A program made the translations under genes and the position numbers. This document shows positions 8,669 through 23,600 of a DNA stretch of 64,000 bases, piece by piece; positions within the stretch are counted from its first letter, which is position 1, and every line of letters begins with the position of its first letter. Below the pieces are notes generated by a model. It saw nothing but the letters and a program-made list of their open reading frames with translations. It ran no database searches and was not told the origin of the DNA. This DNA comes from the human T2T-CHM13v2.0 reference genome, Homo sapiens: assembly GCF_009914755.1 (NCBI RefSeq), contig NC_060930.1; one strand, given 5' to 3'.

Positions 8669-11600
8669 AATAACTTCACCTAAAACCTAGACAGAAGCAA
8701 TCTCAGAAACTACTTTGTGATGTGTACATTCAACTCACAGAGTGGAACTTTCCTCTTTATAGAGCAGTGTTGAAACACTCTTTTTGTAGAAACTGCAAGT
8801 GGATATTTGGACCTCTTTGAGGCCTTCGTTGGAAACGGGATTTCTTCCTATAACCCTAGACAGAAGAATTTTCAGAAACCTCATTGTGATGTGTGCGTTC
8901 ATCTCACAGAGTGGAGTCTTCCGTTTGATAGAGAAGTTTTGAAACCCTGTTCTTGTAGGATTTCCAAGTGGATATTTAGACCACTTTGAAGCCTATGATA
9001 GAAAAGGAAACATCTTCATGGAAAACATAGATAGAATCATCCTCAGAAACAACTTTGTGATGTGTGCGTTGAACTCACCGTCTTTAACCTTTCTTTTGGT
9101 AGAGAAGTTTTGAAACACTCTCTTTGTAAAGTCTACAAGTGGATATTTTGAGCCCTTGGAGGCATTCTTTGGAAAAGGGAATGTCTTCACATAAAAGGCA
9201 GACGGAAGTGTTCTCAGAAACTGCTTTGTGATGTCTGTGTTCAACTCACAGAGTTTAACATTTCCTTTGATAGAGCGGTTTAGTAACCCTCTCTTTGTAG
9301 AATTTGGAAGTGTATACTAAGAGCGCTTTGAGGCCTATGGTAGAAAAGGAAATATCTTTCCATAAAAGCTAGACAGAAGCAATCTCAGAAACTCCTTTGC
9401 GATGTCTGCATTCAACTCACCGAGTGGAACATTCCTCTTGAGAGAGCAGTTTGGAAACACTCTTTCTGTAGAATCAGCTTGTTTGTATTTGGACCTCCTT
9501 GAGGCCTTCGTTGGAAACGGGTTTTCATCTTATAAACCCAGACAGAAGAATTCTCAGAGTCTTCTTTGTGATGTGTGCTTTCAACTCACCGAGATAAAGA
9601 TTTCTCTTGATAGAGCAATTTGGAAACACTCTTTTTGTAGAATTTGCAAGGGTACATTGAGAGCGCTTTCAGGCCTATGGTAGAAAAGGGAATATCTTTC
9701 CATAAAAGGTAGACAGAAGCAATCTCAGAAACTACTTTGTGATGTGTGCATTCAACTCACCGAGTGCAACGTTCCTCTTGACCGAGCAGTTTGGAAACAT
9801 TGTTTCTGTAGAATCTGCAAGTGGATATTTGGACCTCTTTGAGGCCTTCGTTGGAAACGGGATTTCTTCCTATAAACCCAGACAGAAGAATTCTCAGAGA
9901 CTTCTTTGTGATGTGTGAATTCAACTCACAGTGTGGATCCTTCCTTTTGATAGAGCAGTTTTGAAACCCTGTTTTTGTAGTATTTCCAAGCGGATATTTG
10001 GAACGCCTTGAAGCGTATGGTAGAAAAGGAAATATCTTCCCATAAAACCTAGACAGAACCAATCTCAGAAACGACTTTGTGATGTCTGCATTCAACTCAC
10101 AGAGTTGAACATTTCTCTTGATAGAGCAGTTTTGAAACCCTCTTTCTGAAGGATCTGCAAGTGGATATTTGGAACTCCTTTGGGTCTTCGTTGGAAACGG
10201 GATTTCTTCGTATAAATCTAGACAGAAGAATTCTCCGAAACTTCTTTGGTTGTGTGCATTCAAGTCACAGAGTGGAACCTTCCTTTGGATAGAGCAGTTT
10301 GAAACGCCGTGGTTGTAGTATTTCCAAGCGGATATTAGAGCGCCTTGAGGCCTATGGTAGAAAAGGAAATATCTTCCCATAAAACCTAGACGGAAGCAAT
10401 CTCAGAAACTACTGTGTGATGGCTGCATTCCACACACACGGTGGAACATTTCTCTTGATAGAGCAGTTTTGAAACACTCTTTCTGTAGAATCTGCAAGTG
10501 GATAATTGGACCGCCTTGAGGCCTTCGTTGGAAACGGGATTTCTTCATGTTACTCTAGATAGAAGAATTCTCAAACACTGCTATGTGATGTTTGCATTCA
10601 AGTCACAGAGTGCAACATTCCTCTTGGTAGAGCAGTTGGGAAACACTCCTTTTGTAGAATCTGCAATGGGATATTTGGACTTCTTTGAGGCCTTCGTTGG
10701 AAACGGGATTTCTTCGTATGAATCTAGACAGAAGAATTCTCAGAAACTTCCTTGTGATGTGTGCATTCAACTCAGCGAGTGGCACCTTCCTTTGGATACA
10801 GCAGTTTTGAAACACTGTTTTTGTAGTATTTCCAAGCGGATATTTAGAGCGCCTTGAAGCCTATGCTAGAAATGGAAATATCTCCCCATAAAACCAAGAC
10901 AGAAGCAATCTCAGAAACTAATGTGTGATGGCTGCATTCCACACACACGGTGGACCATTTCTCTTGATAGAGCAGTTTTGAAACACTCTTTCTGTAGAAT
11001 CTGCAAGTGGATAATTGGACCTCCTAGAGGCCTTCGTTGGAAACGGGATTTCTTCATCTAAACCTACAGAGAAGAATTCTCAGTAACTTCTTCGGATGTG
11101 TGCATTCGACGCACAGAATGGAACATTCCCTTTGATAGAGCAGTTTTGAGACACCGTTTTTGTAGAATTCCCAAGTGGATATTTAGAGCACTTTGAAGTC
11201 TCTGCTAGAAAAGGAAACATCTTCATGTAAAAAGTAGATAGAATCGTTCTCAGAAAGTGCTTAGTGACGTGTGCGTTCAACTCACAGAGTTTAACGTTTC
11301 TTTTGATAGAGCGTTTCTGAAACACCCTTCTTGTAGTAGCTGCAAGTGGATATTTGGACCTATTGGAGGCCTTCTTTGGAAATGGGATTTCTTCATGTAA
11401 CTCTAGATTGAAGAGTTCTCAGAAACTCCTTTGTGATGTGTGCATTCAATTCAAAGAGTGAAACCTCCCTTTTCACAGAGCAGTTTTGAAACACTGTTTT
11501 TGTAGGATTTCCAAGGGGATATTTATAGCGCATTGAGCCTACGGCGGAAAAAGAAACATCTTCCTATAAAAACTAGACAGAATACTTCTCAGAATCTGCT

Positions 11601-14600
11601 TTGCGATGTGTGCGTTCAACTCACAGAGTAAAACTTTTCTTTTGATAGAGCAGTTTTGAAACACTCTTTTTGTAGTATTTGCATGTGTATATTTAGAGCG
11701 CATTGAAGCCCACAGTAGAAAAGGAAATAACTTCACCTAAAACCTAGACAGAAGCAATCTCAGAAACTACTTTGTGATGTGTACATTCAACTCACAGAGT
11801 GGAACTTTCCTCTTTATAGAGCAGTGTTGAAACACTCTTTTTGTAGAAACTGCAAGTGGATATTTGGACCTCTTTGAGGCCTTCGTTGGAAACGGGATTT
11901 CTTCCTATAACCCTAGACAGAAGAATTTTCAGAAACCTCATTGTGATGTGTGCGTTCATCTCACAGAGTGGAGTCTTCCGTTTGATAGAGAAGTTTTGAA
12001 ACCCTGTTCTTGTAGGATTTCCAAGTGGATATTTAGACCACTTTGAAGCCTATGATAGAAAAGGAAACATCTTCATGGAAAACATAGATAGAATCATCCT
12101 CAGAAACAACTTTGTGATGTGTGCGTTGAACTCACCGTCTTTAACCTTTCTTTTGGTAGAGAAGTTTTGAAACACTCTCTTTGTAAAGTCTACAAGTGGA
12201 TATTTTGAGCCCTTGGAGGCATTCTTTGGAAAAGGGAATGTCTTCACATAAAAGGCAGACGGAAGTGTTCTCAGAAACTGCTTTGTGATGTCTGTGTTCA
12301 ACTCACAGAGTTTAACATTTCCTTTGATAGAGCGGTTTAGTAACCCTCTCTTTGTAGAATTTGGAAGTGTATACTAAGAGCGCTTTGAGGCCTATGGTAG
12401 AAAAGGAAATATCTTTCCATAAAAGCTAGACAGAAGCAATCTCAGAAACTCCTCTGTGATGTCTGCATTCAACTCACCGAGTGGAACATTCCTCTTGATA
12501 GAGCAGTTTGGAAACACTCTTTCTGTAGAATCAGCTTGTTTGTATTTGGACCTCCTTGAGGCCTTCGTTGGAAACGGGTTTTCATCTTATAAACCCAGAC
12601 AGAAGAATTCTCAGAGTCTTCTTTGTGATGTGTGCTTTCAACTCACCGAGATAAAGATTTCTCTTGATAGAGCAATTTGGAAACACTCTTTTTGTAGAAT
12701 TTGCAAGGGTACATTGAGAGCGCTTTCAGGCCTATGGTAGAAAAGGGAATATCTTTCCATAAAAGGTAGACAGAAGCAATCTCAGAAACTACTTTGTGAT
12801 GTGTGCATTCAACTCACCGAGTGCAACGTTCCTCTTGACCGAGCAGTTTGGAAACATTGTTTCTGTAGAATCTGCAAGTGGATATTTGGACCTCTTTGAG
12901 GCCTTCGTTGGAAACGGGATTTCTTCCTATAAACCCAGACAGAAGAATTCTCAGAGACTTCTTTGTGATGTGTGAATTCAACTCACAGTGTGGATCCTTC
13001 CTTTTGATAGAGCAGTTTTGAAACCCTGTTTTTGTAGTATTTCCAAGCGGATATTTGGAACGCCTTGAAGCGTATGGTAGAAAAGGAAATATCTTCCCAT
13101 AAAACCTAGACAGAACCAATCTCAGAAACGACTTTGTGATGTCTGCATTCAAGTCACAGAGTTGAACATTTCTCTTGATAGAGCAGTTTTGAAACCCTCT
13201 TTCTGAAGGATCTGCAAGTGGATATTTGGAACTCCTTTGGGTCTTCGTTGGAAACGGGATTTCTTCGTATAAATCTAGACAGAAGAATTCTCCAAAACTT
13301 CTTTGGTTGTGTGCATTCAAGTCACAGAGTGGAACCTTCCTTTGGATAGAGCAGTTTGAAACGCCGTGGTTGTAGTATTTCCAAGCGGATATTAGAGCGC
13401 CTTGAGGCCTATGGTAGAAAAGGAAATATCTTCCCATAAAACCTAGACGGAAGCAATCTCAGAAACTACTGTGTGATGGCTGCATTCCACACACACGGTG
13501 GAACATTTCTCTTGATAGAGCAGTTTTGAAACACTCTTTCTGTAGAATCTGCAAGTGGATAATTGGACCGCCTTGAGGCCTTCGTTGGAAACGGGATTTC
13601 TTCATGTTACTCTAGATAGAAGAATTCTCAAACACTGCTATGTGATGTTTGCATTCAAGTCACAGAGTGCAACATTCCTCTTGGTAGAGCAGTTGGGAAA
13701 CACTCCTTTTGTAGAATCTGCAATGGGATATTTGGACTTCTTTGAGGCCTTCGTTGGAAACGGGATTTCTTCGTATGAATCTAGACAGAAGAATTCTCAG
13801 AAACTTCCTTGTGATGTGTGCATTCAACTCAGCGAGTGGCACCTTCCTTTGGATACAGCAGTTTTGAAACACTGTTTTTGTAGTATTTCCAAGCGGATAT
13901 TTAGAGCGCCTTGAAGCCTATGCTAGAAATGGAAATATCTCCCCATAAAACCAAGACGGAAGCAATCTCAGAAACTAATGTGTGATGGCTGCATTCCACA
14001 CACACGGTGGACCATTTCTCTTGATAGAGCAGTTTTGAAACACTCTTTCTGTAGAATCTGCAAGTGGATAATTGGACCTCCGAGAGGCCTTCGTTGGAAA
14101 CGGGATTTCTTCATCTAAACCTACAGAGAAGAATTCTCAGTAACTTCTTCGGATGTGTGCATTCGACGCACAGAATGGAACATTCCCTTTGATAGAGCAG
14201 TTTTGAGACACCGTTTTTGTAGAATTCCCAAGTGGATATTTAGAGCACTTTGAAGTCTCTGCTAGAAAAGGAAACATCTTCATGTAAAAAGTAGATAGAA
14301 TCGTTCTCAGAAAGTGCTTAGTGTCGTGTGCGTTCAACTCACAGAGTTTAACGTTTCTTTTGATAGAGCGTTTCTGAAACACCCTTCTTGTAGTAGCTGC
14401 AAGTGGATATTTGGACCTATTGGAGGCCTTCTTTGGAAATGGGATTTCTTCATGTAACTCTAGATTGAAGAATTCTCAGAAACTCCTTTGTGATGTGTGC
14501 ATTCAATTCAAAGAGTGAAACCTCCCTTTTCACAGAGCAGTTTTGAAACACTGTTTTTGTAGGATTTCCAAGGGGATATTTATAGCGCATTGAGCCTACG

Positions 14601-17600
14601 GCGGAAAAAGAAACATCTTCCTATAAAAACTAGACAGAATACTTCTCAGAATCTGCTTTGCGATGTGTGCGTTCAACTCACAGAGTAAAACTTTTCTTTT
14701 GATAGAGCAGTTTTGAAACACTCTTTTTGTAGTATTTGCATGTGTATATTTAGAGCGCATTGAAGCCCACAGTAGAAAAGGAAATAACTTCACCTAAAAC
14801 CTAGACAGAAGCAATCACAGAAACTACTTTGTGATGTGTACATTCAACTCACAGAGTGGAACTTTCCTCTTTATAGAGCAGTGTTGAAACACTCTTTTTG
14901 TAGAAACTGCAAGTGGATATTTGGACCTCTTTGAGGCCTTCGTTGGAAACGGGATTTCTTCCTATAACCCTAGACAGAAGAATTTTCAGAAACCTCATTG
15001 TGATGTGTGCGTTCATCTCACAGAGTGGAGTCTTCCGTTTGATAGAGAAGTTTTGAAACCCTGTTCTTGTAGGATTTCCAAGTGGATATTTAGACCACTT
15101 TGAAGCCTATGATAGAAAAGGAAACATCTTCATGGAAAACATAGATAGAATCATCCTCAGAAACAACTTTGTGATGTGTGCGTTGAACTCACCGTCTTTA
15201 ACCTTTCTTTTGGTAGAGAAGTTTTGAAACACTCTCTTTGTAAAGTCTACAAGTGGATATTTTGAGCCCTTGGAGGCATTCTTTGGAAAAGGGAATGTCT
15301 TCACATAAAAGGCAGACGGAAGTGTTCTCAGAAACTGCTTTGTGATGTCTGTGTTCAACTCACAGAGTTTAACATTTCCTTTGATAGAGCGGTTTAGTAA
15401 CCCTCTCTTTGTAGAATTTGGAAGTGTATACTAAGAGCGCTTTGAGGCCTATGGTAGAAAAGGAAATATCTTTCCATAAAAGCTAGACAGAAGCAATCTC
15501 AGAAACTCCTCTGTGATGTCTGCATTCAACTCACCGAGTGGAACATTCCTCTTGATAGAGCAGTTTGGAAACACTCTTTCTGTAGAATCAGCTTGTTTGT
15601 ATTTGGACCTCCTTGAGGCCTTCGTTGGAAACGGGTTTTCATCTTATAAACCCAGACAGAAGAATTCTCAGAGTCTTCTTTGTGATGTGTGCTTTCAACT
15701 CACCGAGATAAAGATTTCTCTTGATAGAGCAATTTGGAAACACTCTTTTTGTAGAATTTGCAAGGGTACATTGAGAGCGCTTTCAGGCCTATGGTAGAAA
15801 AGGGAATATCTTTCCATAAAAGGTAGACAGAAGCAATCTCAGAAACTACTTTGTGATGTGTGCATTCAACTCACCGAGTGCAACGTTCCTCTTGACCGAG
15901 CAGTTTGGAAACATTGTTTCTGTAGAATCTGCAAGTGGATATTTGGACCTCTTTGAGGCCTTCGTTGGAAACGGGATTTCTTCCTATAAACCCAGACAGA
16001 AGAATTCTCAGAGACTTCTTTGTGATGTGTGAATTCAACTCACAGTGTGGATCCTTCCTTTTGATAGAGCAGTTTTGAAACCCTGTTTTTGTAGTATTTC
16101 CAAGCGGATATTTGGAACGCCTTGAAGCGTATGGTAGAAAAGGAAATATCTTCCCATAAAACCTAGACAGAACCAATCTCAGAAACGACTTTGTGATGTC
16201 TGCATTCAAGTCACAGAGTTGAACATTTCTCTTGATAGAGCAGTTTTGAAACCCTCTTTCTGAAGGATCTGCAAGTGGATATTTGGAACTCCTTTGGGTC
16301 TTCGTTGGAAACGGGATTTCTTCGTATAAATCTAGACAGAAGAATTCTCCGAAACTTCTTTGGTTGTGTGCATTCAAGTCACAGAGTGGAACCTTCCTTT
16401 GGATAGAGCAGTTTGAAACGCCGTGGTTGTAGTATTTCCAAGCGGATATTAGAGCGCCTTGAGGCCTATGGTAGAAAAGGAAATATCTTCCCATAAAACC
16501 TAGACGGAAGCAATCTCAGAAACTACTGTGTGATGGCTGCATTCCACACACACGGTGGAACATTTCTCTTGATAGAGCAGTTTTGAAACACTCTTTCTGT
16601 AGAATCTGCAAGTGGATAATTGGACCGCCTTGAGGCCTTCGTTGGAAACGGGATTTCTTCATGTTACTCTAGATAGAAGAATTCTCAAACACTGCTATGT
16701 GATGTTTGCATTCAAGTCACAGAGTGCAACATTCCTCTTGGTAGAGCAGTTGGGAAACACTCCTTTTGTAGAATCTGCAATGGGATATTTGGACTTCTTT
16801 GAGGCCTTCGTTGGAAACGGGATTTCTTCGTATGAATCTAGACAGAAGAATTCTCAGAAACTTCCTTGTGATGTGTGCATTCAACTCAGCGAGTGGCACC
16901 TTCCTTTGGATACAGCAGTTTTGAAACACTGTTTTTGTAGTATTTCCAAGCGGATATTTAGAGCGCCTTGAAGCCTATGCTAGAAATGGAAATATCTCCC
17001 CATAAAACCAAGACGGAAGCAATCTCAGAAACTAATGTGTGATGGCTGCATTCCACACACACGGTGGACCATTTCTCTTGATAGAGCAGTTTTGAAACAC
17101 TCTTTCTGTAGAATCTGCAAGTGGATAATTGGACCTCCTAGAGGCCTTCGTTGGAAACGGGATTTCTTCATCTAAACCTACAGAGAAGAATTCTCAGTAA
17201 CTTCTTCGGATGTGTGCATTCGACGCACAGAATGGAACATTCCCTTTGATAGAGCAGTTTTGAGACACCGTTTTTGTAGAATTCCCAAGTGGATATTTAG
17301 AGCACTTTGAAGTCTCTGCTAGAAAAGGAAACATCTTCATGTAAAAAGTAGATAGAATCGTTCTCAGAAAGTGCTTAGTGACGTGTGCGTTCAACTCACA
17401 GAGTTTAACGTTTCTTTTGATAGAGCGTTTCTGAAACACCCTTCTTGTAGTAGCTGCAAGTGGATATTTGGACCTATTGGAGGCCTTCTTTGGAAATGGG
17501 ATTTCTTCATGTAACTCTAGATTGAAGAGTTCTCAGAAACTCCTTTGTGATGTGTGCATTCAATTCAAAGAGTGAAACCTCCCTTTTCACAGAGCAGTTT

Positions 17601-20600
17601 TGAAACACTGTTTTTGTAGGATTTCCAAGGGGATATTTATAGCGCATTGAGCCTACGGCGGAAAAAGAAACATCTTCCTATAAAAACTAGACAGAATACT
17701 TCTCAGAATCTGCTTTGCGATGTGTGCGTTCAACTCACAGAGTAAAACTTTTCTTTTGATAGAGCAGTTTTGAAACACTCTTTTTGTAGTATTTGCATGT
17801 GTATATTTAGAGCGCATTGAAGCCCACAGTAGAAAAGGAAATAACTTCACCTAAAACCTAGACAGAAGCAATCTCAGAAACTACTTTGTGATGTGTACAT
17901 TCAACTCACAGAGTGGAACTTTCCTCTTTATAGAGCAGTGTTGAAACACTCTTTTTGTAGAAACTGCAAGTGGATATTTGGACCTCTTTGAGGCCTTCGT
18001 TGGAAACGGGATTTCTTCCTATAACCCTAGACAGAAGAATTTTCAGAAACCTCATTGTGATGTGTGCGTTCATCTCACAGAGTGGAGTCTTCCGTTTGAT
18101 AGAGAAGTTTTGAAACCCTGTTCTTGTAGGATTTCCAAGTGGATATTTAGACCACTTTGAAGCCTATGATAGAAAAGGAAACATCTTCATGGAAAACATA
18201 GATAGAATCATCCTCAGAAACAACTTTGTGATGTGTGCGTTGAACTCACCGTCTTTAACCTTTCTTTTGGTAGAGAAGTTTTGAAACACTCTCTTTGTAA
18301 AGTCTACAAGTGGATATTTTGAGCCCTTGGAGGCATTCTTTGGAAAAGGGAATGTCTTCACATAAAAGGCAGACGGAAGTGTTCTCAGAAACTGCTTTGT
18401 GATGTCTGTGTTCAACTCACAGAGTTTAACATTTCCTTTGATAGAGCGGTTTAGTAACCCTCTCTTTGTAGAATTTGGAAGTGTATACTAAGAGCGCTTT
18501 GAGGCCTATGGTAGAAAAGGAAATATCTTTCCATAAAAGCTAGACAGAAGCAATCTCAGAAACTCCTTTGCGATGTCTGCATTCAACTCACCGAGTGGAA
18601 CATTCCTCTTGAGAGAGCAGTTTGGAAACACTCTTTCTGTAGAATCAGCTTGTTTGTATTTGGACCTCCTTGAGGCCTTCGTTGGAAACGGGTTTTCATC
18701 TTATAAACCCAGACAGAAGAATTCTCAGAGTCTTCTTTGTGATGTGTGCTTTCAACTCACCGAGATAAAGATTTCTCTTGATAGAGCAATTTGGAAACAC
18801 TCTTTTTGTAGAATTTGCAAGGGTACATTGAGAGCGCTTTCAGGCCTATGGTAGAAAAGGGAATATCTTTCCATAAAAGGTAGACAGAAGCAATCTCAGA
18901 AACTACTTTGTGATGTGTGCATTCAACTCACCGAGTGCAACGTTCCTCTTGACCGAGCAGTTTGGAAACATTGTTTCTGTAGAATCTGCAAGTGGATATT
19001 TGGACCTCTTTGAGGCCTTCGTTGGAAACGGGATTTCTTCCTATAAACCCAGACAGAAGAATTCTCAGAGACTTCTTTGTGATGTGTGAATTCAACTCAC
19101 AGTGTGGATCCTTCCTTTTGATAGAGCAGTTTTGAAACCCTGTTTTTGTAGTATTTCCAAGCGGATATTCGGAACGCCTTGAAGCGTATGGTAGAAAAGG
19201 AAATATCTTCCCATAAAACCTAGACAGAACCAATCTCAGAAACGACTTTGTGATGTCTGCATTCAAGTCACAGAGTTGAACATTTCTCTTGATAGAGCAG
19301 TTTTGAAACCCTCTTTCTGAAGGATCTGCAAGTGGATATTTGGAACTCCTTTGTGTCTTCGTTGGAAACGGGATTTCTTCGTATAAATCTAGACAGAAGA
19401 ATTCTCCGAAACTTCTTTGGTTGTGTGCATTCAAGTCACAGAGTGGAACCTTCCTTTGGATAGAGCAGTTTGAAACGCCGTGGTTGTAGTATTTCCAAGC
19501 GGATATTAGAGCGCCTTGAGGCCTATGGTAGAAAAGGAAATATCTTCCCATAAAACCTAGACGGAAGCAATCTCAGAAACTACTGTGTGATGGCTGCATT
19601 CCACACACACGGTGGAACATTTCTCTTGATAGAGCAGTTTTGAAACACTCTTTCTGTAGAATCTGCAAGTGGATAATTGGACCGCCTTGAGGCCTTCGTT
19701 GGAAACGGGATTTCTTCATGTTACTCTAGATAGAAGAATTCTCAAACACTGCTATGTGATGTTTGCATTCAAGTCACAGAGTGCAACATTCCTCTTGGTA
19801 GAGCAGTTGGGAAACACTCCTTTTGTAGAATCTGCAATGGGATATTTGGACTTCTTTGAGGCCTTCGTTGGAAACGGGATTTCTTCGTATGAATCTAGAC
19901 AGAAGAATTCTCAGAAACTTCCTTGTGATGTGTGCATTCAACTCAGCGAGTGGCACCTTCCTTTGGATACAGCAGTTTTGAAACACTGTTTTTGTAGTAT
20001 TTCCAAGCGGATATTTAGAGCGCCTTGAAGCCTATGCTAGAAATGGAAATATCTCCCCATAAAACCAAGACAGAAGCAATCTCAGAAACTAATGTGTGAT
20101 GGCTGCATTCCACACACACGGTGGACCATTTCTCTTGATAGAGCAGTTTTGAAACACTCTTTCTGTAGAATCTGCAAGTGGATAATTGGACCTCCTAGAG
20201 GCCTTCGTTGGAAACGGGATTTCTTCATCTAAACCTACAGAGAAGAATTCTCAGTAACTTCTTCGGATGTGTGCATTCGACGCACAGAATGGAACATTCC
20301 CTTTGATAGAGCAGTTTTGAGACACCGTTTTTGTAGAATTCCCAAGTGGATATTTAGAGCACTTTGAAGTCTCTGCTAGAAAAGGAAACATCTTCATGTA
20401 AAAAGTAGATAGAATCGTTCTCAGAAAGTGCTTAGTGACGTGTGCGTTCAACTCACAGAGTTTAACGTTTCTTTTGATAGAGCGTTTCTGAAACACCCTT
20501 CTTGTAGTAGCTGCAAGTGGATATTTGGACCTATTGGAGGCCTTCTTTGGAAATGGGATTTCTTCATGTAACTCTAGATTGAAGAGTTCTCAGAAACTCC

Positions 20601-23600
20601 TTTGTGATGTGTGCATTCAATTCAAAGAGTGAAACCTCCCTTTTCACAGAGCAGTTTTGAAACACTGTTTTTGTAGGATTTCCAAGGGGATATTTATAGC
20701 GCATTGAGCCTACGGCGGAAAAAGAAACATCTTCCTATAAAAACTAGACAGAATACTTCTCAGAATCTGCTTTGCGATGTGTGCGTTCAACTCACAGAGT
20801 AAAACTTTTCTTTTGATAGAGCAGTTTTGAAACACTCTTTTTGTAGTATTTGCATGTGTATATTTAGAGCGCATTGAAGCCCACAGTAGAAAAGGAAATA
20901 ACTTCACCTAAAACCTAGACAGAAGCAATCTCAGAAACTACTTTGTGATGTGTACATTCAACTCACAGAGTGGAACTTTCCTCTTTATAGAGCAGTGTTG
21001 AAACACTCTTTTTGTAGAAACTGCAAGTGGATATTTGGACCTCTTTGAGGCCTTCGTTGGAAACGGGATTTCTTCCTATAACCCTAGACAGAAGAATTTT
21101 CAGAAACCTCATTGTGATGTGTGCGTTCATCTCACAGAGTGGAGTCTTCCGTTTGATAGAGAAGTTTTGAAACCCTGTTCTTGTAGGATTTCCAAGTGGA
21201 TATTTAGACCACTTTGAAGCCTATGATAGAAAAGGAAACATCTTCATGGAAAACATAGATAGAATCATCCTCAGAAACAACTTTGTGATGTGTGCGTTGA
21301 ACTCACCGTCTTTAACCTTTCTTTTGGTAGAGAAGTTTTGAAACACTCTCTTTGTAAAGTCTACAAGTGGATATTTTGAGCCCTTGGAGGCATTCTTTGG
21401 AAAAGGGAATGTCTTCACATAAAAGGCAGACGGAAGTGTTCTCAGAAACTGCTTTGTGATGTCTGTGTTCAACTCACAGAGTTTAACATTTCCTTTGATA
21501 GAGCGGTTTAGTAACCCTCTCTTTGTAGAATTTGGAAGTGTATACTAAGAGCGCTTTGAGGCCTATGGTAGAAAAGGAAATATCTTTCCATAAAAGCTAG
21601 ACAGAAGCAATCTCAGAAACTCCTTTGCGATGTCTGCATTCAACTCACCGAGTGGAACATTCCTCTTGATAGAGCAGTTTGGAAACACTCTTTCTGTAGA
21701 ATCAGCTTGTTTGTATTTGGACCTCCTTGAGGCCTTCGTTGGAAACGGGTTTTCATCTTATAAACCCAGACAGAAGAATTCTCAGAGTCTTCTTTGTGAT
21801 GTGTGCTTTCAACTCACCGAGATAAAGATTTCTCTTGATAGAGCAATTTGGAAACACTCTTTTTGTAGAATTTGCAAGGGTACATTGAGAGCGCTTTCAG
21901 GCCTATGGTAGAAAAGGGAATATCTTTCCATAAAAGGTAGACAGAAGCAATCTCAGAAACTACTTTGTGATGTGTGCATTCAACTCACCGAGTGCAACGT
22001 TCCTCTTGACCGAGCAGTTTGGAAACATTGTTTCTGTAGAATCTGCAAGTGGATATTTGGACCTCTTTGAGGCCTTCGTTGGAAACGGGATTTCTTCCTA
22101 TAAACCCAGACAGAAGAATTCTCAGAGACTTCTTTGTGATGTGTGAATTCAACTCACAGTGTGGATCCTTCCTTTTGATAGAGCAGTTTTGAAACCCTGT
22201 TTTTGTAGTATTTCCAAGCGGATATTCGGAACGCCTTGAAGCGTATGGTAGAAAAGGAAATATCTTCCCATAAAACCTAGACAGAACCAATCTCAGAAAC
22301 GACTTTGTGATGTCTGCATTCAACTCACAGAGTTGAACATTTCTCTTGATAGAGCAGTTTTGAAACCCTCTTTCTGAAGGATCTGCAAGTGGATATTTGG
22401 AACTCCTTTGGGTCTTCGTTGGAAACGGGATTTCTTCGTATAAATCTAGACAGAAGAATTCTCCGAAACTTCTTTGGTTGTGTGCATTCAAGTCACAGAG
22501 TGGAACCTTCCTTTGGATAGAGCAGTTTGAAACGCCGTGGTTGTAGTATTTCCAAGCGGATATTAGAGCGCCTTGAGGCCTATGGTAGAAAAGGAAATAT
22601 CTTCCCATAAAACCTAGACGGAAGCAATCTCAGAAACTACTGTGTGATGGCTGCATTCCACACACACGGTGGAACATTTCTCTTGATAGAGCAGTTTTGA
22701 AACACTCTTTCTGTAGAATCTGCAAGTGGATAATTGGACCGCCTTGAGGCCTTCGTTGGAAACGGGATTTCTTCATGTTACTCTAGATAGAAGAATTCTC
22801 AAACACTGCTATGTGATGTTTGCATTCAAGTCACAGAGTGCAACATTCCTCTTGGTAGAGCAGTTGGGAAACACTCCTTTTGTAGAATCTGCAATGGGAT
22901 ATTTGGACTTCTTTGAGGCCTTCGTTGGAAACGGGATTTCTTCGTATGAATCTAGACAGAAGAATTCTCAGAAACTTCCTTGTGATGTGTGCATTCAACT
23001 CAGCGAGTGGCACCTTCCTTTGGATACAGCAGTTTTGAAACACTGTTTTTGTAGTATTTCCAAGCGGATATTTAGAGCGCCTTGAAGCCTATGCTAGAAA
23101 TGGAAATATCTCCCCATAAAACCAAGACAGAAGCAATCTCAGAAACTAATGTGTGATGGCTGCATTCCACACACACGGTGGACCATTTCTCTTGATAGAG
23201 CAGTTTTGAAACACTCTTTCTGTAGAATCTGCAAGTGGATAATTGGACCTCCTAGAGGCCTTCGTTGGAAACGGGATTTCTTCATCTAAACCTACAGAGA
23301 AGAATTCTCAGTAACTTCTTCGGATGTGTGCATTCGACGCACAGAATGGAACATTCCCTTTGATAGAGCAGTTTTGAGACACCGTTTTTGTAGAATTCCC
23401 AAGTGGATATTTAGAGCACTTTGAAGTCTCTGCTAGAAAAGGAAACATCTTCATGTAAAAAGTAGATAGAATCGTTCTCAGAAAGTGCTTAGTGACGTGT
23501 GCGTTCAACTCACAGAGTTTAACGTTTCTTTTGATAGAGCGTTTCTGAAACACCCTTCTTGTAGTAGCTGCAAGTGGATATTTGGACCTATTGGAGGCCT

